Origin: an uncultured Saprospiraceae bacterium
GTDB taxonomy: Bacteria; Bacteroidota; Bacteroidia; Chitinophagales; Saprospiraceae
Assembly: GCA_937942435.1 (NCBI GenBank)
Contig: CALDEM010000026.1
Coordinates: 3,529 to 67,528 of the forward strand
Length of the DNA stretch: 64,000 bases
Reading direction: 5' to 3'
The stretch's first letter is position 1. The number at the start of each line of letters is the position of its first letter. The notes below the pieces were generated by a model. The model ran no database searches and was not told the origin of the DNA. It saw nothing but the letters and a program-made list of their open reading frames with translations. A program made the position numbers and the translations under genes. Of this stretch, positions 8,130 through 15,629 are shown one piece after another.

Positions 8130-11100
8130 CTAATCACAGAAGAACATATAGTTTCCACAAGTTTTCATAAAGTGAACATCACAACCATTGGCTGATTTGA
8201 TTTTAAAGGCTTGTCTATCGCGATCATTAGTATTGAGCGCTGAGTACTCATAGTGGTGTTGCTCTCCAAGTCCCAAGAGTCCCTTCTGTCCTCTGTCTAA
8301 AGTGACATTGGAGAAGAGTCCTGCACTTGCACCGGCAAATCCATTGCTATATCCCATCGATCTAAATACGTAATCCAAGTACTGCTGATCTCCTTGATTA
8401 GTACTATGTCTATCAGATAGCTTCTGATAAAACTGAGCTGGAGTTAAGCTATGACTATTACCAAACTCTGGATATGTACCCAAGCGAGCAACGCTCTTGG
8501 CTGGACCAGACGGAATCGTAAAGATTGCAACATTCCCTTTTTCTCCACAGTTACATCCCGCTACAGCAACTGGCGCTGGCTTAGGTGCTGGAGGGGGTGG
8601 CGTTGCCTTTACAGGTTCTGGTACCGGAGCTGGTTTAGGCGCTGGCGCTGGTGTCTCAACCTTTACTGGAGGCGGTGGTGGAGGTGTTGTCTCTCCTCCA
8701 CATCCTTTCATGCCTAGTAACCACCAAGCCAATAGTAACAACAGTGGTATTAATAACCACCACCATTTGAACCATCCTCCTCCTGATTCGGCAGCAGTCG
8801 CAACAGCTGCTGCTTTCTTCACTGGTGCTGCAGCCACCTTCTTTTTCACTGGCGCTGGCTCAACCTTCTTAGGTTCTACTTTCTTAGGCTCAGGCTTCTT
8901 AGCAACTACTGTAGCTGCTGTCGCAACCGCTGCAGCCGCAGTTGCAACCGGAGCTACTTTCTTTTCTTTCTTCTGTAAGCAAGATCTACCCACCTCGCGG
9001 CCTGTTTTATCAAAGAGGATATCCATGAAGTACTTGCCTTTCTCCTTGCGCTTGTACATGGATTCGTCATTGTGATACTTCAACACTCCTGAGAGTTCTT
9101 CATCTCTTTCTTTACCCGTTCTAAAGCCTTCACTTCTGAGCTTGACATCTCCATCTTTGTCATAAAGGGCAAAGTAGAACTGTCCATCACTATCATGCTT
9201 AAATAGTGCTACGTTGTTCTGCTTATCGTTGACCTTACGACCTTCGTACTCCTTACATGCTAAGTAATCGTCCTCTTTGTCTTTAGGAGGCGCTGGCTTA
9301 GGCGTTGGCGGTTCTGGCACTGCAGCCTTAGGCACCTCTGATACCAAAGGCGCAGCAACAGCAGCAGAGGCCGCAGCAACAGCAGCTCCTGGGAACCATG
9401 CTCTTGCAGCAGATTTTTCCTTATGAGGACAACTTCTTGCTATCTCCTGATGGTTACCTGCCTTGAGTACTGTAAAGAAGTATCCTGCCTTTTCATCTAT
9501 GCTAAATCGCTCTTCGAGCTCTCTATTTTTTATGACCGAAGCGATACCATTATCTCTGGCCTTTTCAGTTGTATAACCTTCACTACGCATCACAATCTTA
9601 CCGTCATCTACCCAAGCAAAGTAGTGTTCTCCTTCATGTGCAAACGTTATAAAGTCTTTATGATCTGCGCTAACGTCACTCATATGAGACTCATACACTC
9701 TGCATGCTAAGTAGTCATCTGATTTAGCCTTCGTCGCAGCAGCAGCCGTAACTGCAGCAGCGGCAGCCGCCGCCGCCTTCTCTTCTTCTGCCTTAGCAGC
9801 AGCTCTACTACTGATCGAACTTGGATACCAATACATCGCAGCTGCCTTATCTTTGTATGGGCAACTTCTGGCTATTTCTTGGTGATTGCCGGCTTTAAGA
9901 ACCGTAAAGAAATGTCCTGCCTTCTCGTCTAAGCTAAAACGCTCTTCTACCTCTCTATTTTTTATAACCGAAGCTATACCATTATCTCTGGCACTTTCAG
10001 ACCCGTATCCTTCACTTCTCATGACAACCTTTCCTTCGGCAATCCAAGCAAAGTAGTGTTCACCATCGTGTGTAAATGTTATAAAGTCGTCATGCTCTTT
10101 AGTAACATCTCCCAGATGAGACTCATACACTCTACATGCTAGGTAATCATCTGACTTTGCTTTCGCTTTTGCTGCAGCGGCAGCAGCAGCGGCCGCAGTT
10201 GCAGCTGCAGCCTCTTCTTCTGCTTTCCTTTTTGCCGCAGCTTCCTCTTCTGCCTTTCTTTTGGCAGCAGCTTCTTCCTCTGCTTTCTTAGCAGCCAATG
10301 CTGCTGCAGCAGCTGCCGCCCTTTTACCTATCTCTCCTGGATGCCAATACATAGCACCCGCATGATCTCCATTAGGGCAACCTCTTCCAATCTCTTGGTG
10401 GTTACCTGCCTTAAGGATTAGAAAATGAGAACCATCCTCTTCAATCACGCTATAGCGCTCCTCTAGATCTCGATTTTTAAGTACTGATTGGATACCATTG
10501 TCTCTTGACTTCTCGGTAGTATATCCTTCACTTCGTAAGATGACTTTACCTTCCCCTACCATAGCGAAGTAAAACTCACCTTCTTCAGAAAAAATGATGA
10601 AGTCATCACTATCAGGGCTCTTACTGCTCATGTGCCCTTCGTATGCACTGCAAGCGAGATATTCATCTTGACCAGCCTTTTTGGCAGCACCAGCACCACC
10701 TGTCGCTAACAGCAGAGAGCCGATAGCCACTTCCATTTCTTCCTCAGTGTTGAAGAAGAAACTCTTAGCTATGTTCTTACCATCTCCATCTTTGAGATAG
10801 TAGTAGAACTTATCATTTTTAGTAGTTTTCGATTCATAGTTGCCTCGGTCGGGGCCAAATTCTAATACCCTCTCTATCTTTGCTTGGCCCTGCTCTTGCG
10901 TCTCAAAACCTCTTACATCACTATTGAGAAGAATCGTCTTCTCTTCTGCATTTCTAAATGTAAAATAGTGTTTGCCATTGCCACTTCTAAATAACTGATA
11001 TGTGATATCCGTATCGTGGTATTTGCCATCAGCGAGATATACTTTATCGGCCTTTGGTTTTTTAGGTCCTGTTCTTTTCTTTCTTTTCTTCTTAGGTGCT

Positions 11101-11966
11101 TCACCACCCGCTGTGGCTCCTGCACTTGCCGTCGTAGTCGCAGCAGTGGCCGTTGAGGTTGAAGCTATACCTTGTGCAGTTGTAGAACCAGCTCCACTAC
11201 CTCCTCCTCTGCCACTCCCGCCGATTAGCGTAGAGATCGCAGCATCTCTTTCAGCTTCGCTATCAAACCAAGCACTTGTTGCTATTTCTTGATGGTTACC
11301 TGCTTTTAGGTTAAAGAAGTACTTACCGTTAGGATGTTGCTTGCGCTCGTATCTTGCTTCAAGGACCATATTTTTAGTAACAGAGTTGACCCCATTGTCA
11401 CGAGAGGTGTCACTAGAATAGCCTTCACTGATCATGTATATACTTCCATCTACTCGATATGAGAAGTAGGATTCTCCCGCTGCCGCAAATGAATCAAATC
11501 CATCTTTGACATCATCAGAACCATTAGTTACATAAAAGTTCAGCGGCTTGTAGTCATCTCCCTTACCGTCAGTATCATACGCTTCTCCACCATCGGGCTG
11601 TGCAGCAGGAGTTGTACTCGCTGAGGATGTCGACTTAGTTGAAGAGGTGCTTGATGATTTGCTACTGGATGAAGATCTACTTCTTTGGGCATAGTCCTTT
11701 GCTTTCTTAAGTGCCACAGCATCAGTATATCCTACCGATCTGGCTATCTCTTGATTGTTGCCTGCTTTTAAGATAAAGAATGTCTCTCCTCCTTCAGTTA
11801 CTTCGCTGTAGCGTTCGACCTTACTGATATTCGTCTTGACGGATTCGATTCCATTGTCCCTTGCATCTTTACCAGTGTAAGCTTGACTTTCAAGGATCGT
11901 GTTCCCATCCTCGTCAAGTATCTGGAAGTAGTAATTTTCTCCTCTTATGAACTTCCTTAGTTTCAT
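8130..11966 (-). CDS. Giant tail-anchored protein with seven double-YegP/DUF1508 modules (about 14 half-repeats), a single C-terminal TM helix, a poly-Pro spacer and a Cys-containing C-terminal domain
   Basis: Recurrent pattern YF..-G..I..SEGY....RDNGI.SV.KN...RY/F...G.YFF.LKAGNHQEIARS. Start is taken at ATG 11966 (MKLRKFIRGENYYFQ), because the first module begins there. The ORF is open to 12041. Confidence 0.8.
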   Translation of the reverse strand: MKLRKFIRGENYYFQILDEDGNTILESQAYTGKDARDNGIESVKTNISKVERYSEVTEGGETFFILKAGNNQEIARSVGYTDAVALKKAKDYAQRSRSSSSSKSSSTSSTKSTSSASTTPAAQPDGGEAYDTDGKGDDYKPLNFYVTNGSDDVKDGFDSFAAAGESYFSYRVDGSIYMISEGYSSDTSRDNGVNSVTKNMVLEARYERKQHPNGKYFFNLKAGNHQEIATSAWFDSEAERDAAISTLIGGSGRGGGSGAGSTTAQGIASTSTATAATTTASAGATAGGEAPKKKRKKRTGPKKPKADKVYLADGKYHDTDITYQLFRSGNGKHYFTFRNAEEKTILLNSDVRGFETQEQGQAKIERVLEFGPDRGNYESKTTKNDKFYYYLKDGDGKNIAKSFFFNTEEEMEVAIGSLLLATGGAGAAKKAGQDEYLACSAYEGHMSSKSPDSDDFIIFSEEGEFYFAMVGEGKVILRSEGYTTEKSRDNGIQSVLKNRDLEERYSVIEEDGSHFLILKAGNHQEIGRGCPNGDHAGAMYWHPGEIGKRAAAAAAALAAKKAEEEAAAKRKAEEEAAAKRKAEEEAAAATAAAAAAAAAKAKAKSDDYLACRVYESHLGDVTKEHDDFITFTHDGEHYFAWIAEGKVVMRSEGYGSESARDNGIASVIKNREVEERFSLDEKAGHFFTVLKAGNHQEIARSCPYKDKAAAMYWYPSSISSRAAAKAEEEKAAAAAAAAVTAAAATKAKSDDYLACRVYESHMSDVSADHKDFITFAHEGEHYFAWVDDGKIVMRSEGYTTEKARDNGIASVIKNRELEERFSIDEKAGYFFTVLKAGNHQEIARSCPHKEKSAARAWFPGAAVAAASAAVAAPLVSEVPKAAVPEPPTPKPAPPKDKEDDYLACKEYEGRKVNDKQNNVALFKHDSDGQFYFALYDKDGDVKLRSEGFRTGKERDEELSGVLKYHNDESMYKRKEKGKYFMDILFDKTGREVGRSCLQKKEKKVAPVATAAAAVATAATVVAKKPEPKKVEPKKVEPAPVKKKVAAAPVKKAAAVATAAESGGGWFKWWWLLIPLLLLLAWWLLGMKGCGGETTPPPPPPVKVETPAPAPKPAPVPEPVKATPPPPAPKPAPVAVAGCNCGEKGNVAIFTIPSGPAKSVARLGTYPEFGNSHSLTPAQFYQKLSDRHSTNQGDQQYLDYVFRSMGYSNGFAGASAGLFSNVTLDRGQKGLLGLGEQHHYEYSALNTNDRDRQAFKIKSANGCDVHFMKTCGNYMFFCD
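9390..10154 (-). repeat. Two adjacent ~432-nt coding repeat units (YegP modules 5 and 6, highly similar at protein level)
   Basis: KSDDYLACRVYESH...FITF.H.GEHYFAW...MRSEGY...ARDNGIASVIKNRE.EERFS.DEKAG.FFTVLKAGNHQEIARSCP occurs twice, 144 codons apart. Confidence 0.85.
10207..10296 (-). repeat. Three tandem 30-nt units encoding (A)EEEAAAKRK
   Basis: Units at 10207-10236, 10237-10266 and 10267-10296 are near-identical. Translation is AEEEAAAKRKAEEEAAAKRKAEEEAAA. Confidence 0.85.
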
Positions 11967-12335
11967 AGTACTTGTGGTTTTAACGTTTAAATAATTAGCC
12001 GGCATCCCATAAATCGTCCGACGTAATAAAAATGATTTCACCCTATATAAACAAGCTTATAATATTGGGCTCAAATCCCCTTTGAACGGAAAAAATAGGG
12101 AAAATATGAATGGATGAAGAATCTTTGGATCACTTTAGAACTTTAACTAATAAGTTCTCGATAAAAAGCCCTAATTCCTTCGGGGAGGAAATGTTAAAAA
12201 CTCGACTATTTGACTCTAATATATCGCCTATAATATCACTAATCTGAAGTCAAGAGCCAGTGTCGCACTTAAAAATCAAGCCTAAGAAACAACAAAGGTG
12301 CACAAGCACATAAACACTTAATCATATGGGACACT

Positions 12336-13700
12336 TTACCCCCTCGACAAGGTCTCAGAAATATCTGTATTGGAGGCTTGGATAGCTGGGAGTAGAGATG
12401 CAAAGAAACCAAGTAAAATAGCTGCGAGAAGAAGCCACCATTCATTGGGCAGCATATATCCTCCTGTGAAGTCATATCGATAGTCTTCCTTCATGACTTT
12501 ACCGATGATGTACATCCCTGTATGGCTCAAGATGATGCCTATGATGTATCCAAGAATCGCTAAGATGATGCCCTCTAAAATAATCAAACTAAACAGGGTT
12601 GACTTACTTCCGCCCATCACCCGCATCAAGGCAAGTTCATACTTGCGATCTTTTAAAGAACTGTAGAGTGATATAAATATGCTTAGGCCCGAGACGAATA
12701 TGATGACCATAGCTAAGATCCTTAATGCATACTCGGCGCTACTCATCATACTAAACAATCGATTGATCTCTATAGCTGGTGTTGCCGCTTGCATCTCGGT
12801 ATTCTCATTGATGCTTCGGCCCATGTTAAGCGCTTGAAAGTTGTTGCCCTTAAACCGAAGTAATAACGAAGTGATGGATCCTTCATCATCTTCTAAACTC
12901 AACGCCTTGGGTGTCTCAGCATGACTATGTCCATGCGCGTCTTGGTGATCATCATGATCATGAGCGGAGTGATCGTGTCCAGCATGATCATGCCCTTCAC
13001 GATCTCGACCATCATTGTCATCACTTTGTTCGATGGATTGTTCGTCTTCAGCAACAGCTTCTGCGCCATGATCATGGTCATGTACATGCCAATAGGTCTG
13101 GGGAGTAGTTAGGATCAACTGATCAACTATCGTCCCTGATGATGCTAAGATGCCAACTACGATAAAGTCAGGTGTCTCATCATGCTCAAGGCCATCATCA
13201 TCGACCAATCCATGAGAACTCTTAAAGTGATCACCTACTTTGAGTTGAAGGTCGCGAGCAGCAGATGCACCAAGCGTCACATCATAGTTATGAATGAACA
13301 TTTCGCCTTGAGCGAGCTGAAGGTTGTACCAATCAGTTATATCTGTAGTCGTACCAACGATACGATATCCTTTGTAAGAATCACCCATCGACAATGGTAA
13401 TGCTGACTTAATCAGAGGATGCTTAGGATTAAGAAAAGGGCGGATCTCTCCAAGTGTTATGTTGCCTGTAGGCGCATCTATGTGATACATACTGCTCAAG
13501 ATCAACTGAAGCGGACTTCCTTTAGATCCAATGACCAAGTCCACCTCGGCTAAGTTCTTCTCAAAGTTTTTCTGAATCTGATCCTCTAACAAAAACAGCA
13601 TAGATATCAATCCAACGCCTAATCCAAATAGCAAGAGGCTAAGCGTCGTATTGAGTGGCTTACTCAGTAGATTCTTCCATGATAACTTCAATAGATTCAT
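12336..13700 (-). CDS. ABC transporter permease, FtsX/MacB-type, with a His/Asp-rich insertion in the large extracytoplasmic loop
   Basis: One N-terminal TM helix, a ~280-aa loop, then three C-terminal TM helices (FtsX architecture). The loop contains HVHDHDHG...GHDHAGHDHSAHDHDDHQDAHGHSHAE. Confidence 0.8.
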   Translation of the reverse strand: MNLLKLSWKNLLSKPLNTTLSLLLFGLGVGLISMLFLLEDQIQKNFEKNLAEVDLVIGSKGSPLQLILSSMYHIDAPTGNITLGEIRPFLNPKHPLIKSALPLSMGDSYKGYRIVGTTTDITDWYNLQLAQGEMFIHNYDVTLGASAARDLQLKVGDHFKSSHGLVDDDGLEHDETPDFIVVGILASSGTIVDQLILTTPQTYWHVHDHDHGAEAVAEDEQSIEQSDDNDGRDREGHDHAGHDHSAHDHDDHQDAHGHSHAETPKALSLEDDEGSITSLLLRFKGNNFQALNMGRSINENTEMQAATPAIEINRLFSMMSSAEYALRILAMVIIFVSGLSIFISLYSSLKDRKYELALMRVMGGSKSTLFSLIILEGIILAILGYIIGIILSHTGMYIIGKVMKEDYRYDFTGGYMLPNEWWLLLAAILLGFFASLLPAIQASNTDISETLSRG

Positions 13701-14323
13701 AAGCTGATCATATTCTTGAAGTTATCCTTTAGGCGTTGATCATGTGTGACAACTATCAGCGTAGCGTCATACTTATCAGCTTGCGTTTTAAGCAGCTCGA
13801 TGACTTGTTCAGTATTAGTATCATCAAGTGCAGATGTTGGCTCGTCGGCAAATATGATTTTTGGCTCATTGACCATCGCTCTCAAGATGGCTACTCTTTG
13901 TTGTTCGCCAAGGCTTAATTGATTGGTCCTTTTGTTGCCCTTGCCATCCAAGTTAAGATCAGAAAGTAATCCTTTTACCTTATCGCGTTGAGCAACACCT
14001 CCTGAAAGAGTCTGAGCCAATGTGATGTTATCAATTACATCAAGTGATCTTAAAAAGTGAGGCACTTGAAAAATCATACCCATATTGCTACCTCTGAACT
14101 TATCGATATCAGAAGATGTCATGGCTGTGATCTCTTTATCAAGAATAGTTATGGAACCAGAAGTTGGCTTTCTTAATCCAGCTAATAGATGAAGCAACGT
14201 AGTCTTGCCACAACCTGAAGCTCCTATAATCAATGTGTGCACTCCTTGTTGTATCTCAATATCCTCAAAAGACAGATTTTGCCCTCCTTCATAAGTATAT
14301 GAAAGTTGTGAAGTACGAATCAT
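13697..14323 (-). CDS. ABC transporter ATP-binding protein (LolD/MacB-like)
   Basis: Walker A GASGCGKTTLL, signature LSLGEQQRVAI, Walker B IIFADEPTSALD. Start is taken at ATG 14323 (MIRTSQL), which avoids overlap with the upstream gene. Overlaps the permease by 4 nt. Confidence 0.85.
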   Translation of the reverse strand: MIRTSQLSYTYEGGQNLSFEDIEIQQGVHTLIIGASGCGKTTLLHLLAGLRKPTSGSITILDKEITAMTSSDIDKFRGSNMGMIFQVPHFLRSLDVIDNITLAQTLSGGVAQRDKVKGLLSDLNLDGKGNKRTNQLSLGEQQRVAILRAMVNEPKIIFADEPTSALDDTNTEQVIELLKTQADKYDATLIVVTHDQRLKDNFKNMISL

Positions 14324-14340
14324 GAAGTGAAGGTAATCTT

Positions 14341-14715
14341 CTATTGCGATTTTCTTGGAGATAAAAGTCTCCAATTAAACCAGTGGCCCATCAACAAGAC
14401 AAATCCACCTATCGCCATCAACGGATGTCCTATGGCTGGCACCAAAAGGCCAAAGACAATAACCAAAGCTCCGCCACCGATCATCAATTGAGGTATAAGC
14501 TTACCATGACCTCTTAATCCGTTGTATATGGACCACAAACCTAAGATGGCAGAAGTTAAGATAACGGCTGCTTCAATGACGCCGTGTGTACCTTCTTGGA
14601 TAGATCCAAGTAAGCCTAAGGAGATCATTAAGGGAAGTGCTGCACAATGCACAGCGCAAAGACCTGAGGTAATTATACCCAATTGATCAATCTTACTTTG
14701 ATTCGTTCTACTCAT
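14341..14715 (-). CDS. MerC-family membrane protein
   Basis: About 125 aa with four hydrophobic helices and GLCAVHCAALPL (the Cys-x-x-His-Cys region typical of MerC-domain proteins). Start is taken at ATG 14715, not the TTG at 14754. Confidence 0.6.
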   Translation of the reverse strand: MSRTNQSKIDQLGIITSGLCAVHCAALPLMISLGLLGSIQEGTHGVIEAAVILTSAILGLWSIYNGLRGHGKLIPQLMIGGGALVIVFGLLVPAIGHPLMAIGGFVLLMGHWFNWRLLSPRKSQ

Positions 14716-14957
14716 GCTTATGCAACAATGCTGCAAATATATAGTTTTTGTCAATAAAGTAAAATTACAATTAGCAACAGTTTATGTAAGCTATCTATAT
14801 ACTTTGATTTAAAATCACCACTTGATATCTGCGCTTGTTTTGCATGTAGGCCATGACATGTTAACCTAACTCATGCTTCTTTATCTTATTTGAGGGCATT
14901 CTTTAGTCTTTGATTTAGCATAGTCCGTCGATTTACTTGGAAAAGATAATTTTTTAC

Positions 14958-14987
14958 TGGAAACTTTGAAACCAATTAGAGTTTCCA
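14958..14987. promoter_or_regulatory. Candidate TetR operator (perfect 8-bp inverted repeat)
   Basis: TGGAAACT-N14-AGTTTCCA sits 18 nt upstream of the TetR ATG at 15005. Confidence 0.5.
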
Positions 14988-15004
14988 ACGTTCTTATAAC
15001 CATT

Positions 15005-15628
15005 ATGATAACGACAACAGATACTGATCTCTATCAAATCTTAGACTTCTCGACAGCTCAATTCATGATGTTTGGCATCAAGTCTGTGAGCATGGATGAC
15101 CTAGCAACCAAACTCGGTATATCCAAAAAGACGCTATACCAGCATTTTACCAACAAACAAGACTTGGTTAAGAAATCACTCTCGAGGCACGTTAGACTTG
15201 AAGAGAATGTCATTGAAGAGATTTCCCATACGGCCAATGATGCCATTGATGAGATGGCTCAAATAGCTGAACATACGGTGATTCACTTTAGACAGATCAA
15301 ACCCATCTTAATCCATGATCTTCAAAAGTACTATCGCGGCATATGGCAGTCTGTAGTCTTACAACAGTCACAGTTCATAAAAACCAAGATCGAGACCAAC
15401 ATCAAAAGAGGCATAACTGAAGGATATTATAGACCGGAGCTCAACTCTGATATCATAGCAAAACTCTATGTCGCTAAGTCTTTTAGCCTTGTAGATGAAA
15501 ATCTATTCTCACTGGTCGACTATCCTCGAGATGTTCTTGTTAGACAACACATTCTATATCATCTCAATGGCATTCTTTCAGATAAAGGAAGAAAGCATGT
15601 ATCTGACTTTAACGCACTAAACTTATAA
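15005..15628 (+). CDS. TetR/AcrR family transcriptional regulator
   Basis: N-terminal HTH MDDLATKLGISKKTLYQHFTNKQDLV. Lies directly upstream of the efflux operon. Start is taken at ATG 15005, not TTG 14966. Confidence 0.85.
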   Translation: MITTTDTDLYQILDFSTAQFMMFGIKSVSMDDLATKLGISKKTLYQHFTNKQDLVKKSLSRHVRLEENVIEEISHTANDAIDEMAQIAEHTVIHFRQIKPILIHDLQKYYRGIWQSVVLQQSQFIKTKIETNIKRGITEGYYRPELNSDIIAKLYVAKSFSLVDENLFSLVDYPRDVLVRQHILYHLNGILSDKGRKHVSDFNALNL

Positions 15629-15629
15629 C

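Noticed and set aside
8451-9075. Plus-strand ORFs of 88 and 192 aa (Gly/Ala/Thr-rich) antisense to the giant gene, plus a similar one at 11002-11292
   Set aside because: They lie opposite the Ala/Pro/Lys low-complexity linkers of the minus-strand gene. GCN/CCN-rich repeats stay open in several frames. They have no independent start context or recognisable motifs.
9390-10667. Regularly spaced ~430-nt repeats that might suggest a CRISPR-like or satellite array
   Set aside because: The repeats are in frame within one long ORF and encode protein modules. They have no short spacer/repeat structure and no cas genes.
12899-13112. Three short His/Met/Ile-rich ORFs (both strands) inside the ABC permease gene
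   Set aside because: They are frame artefacts of the repetitive CAT/GAT/CAC codons that encode the His/Asp-rich loop. The permease frame is continuous and has full FtsX architecture.
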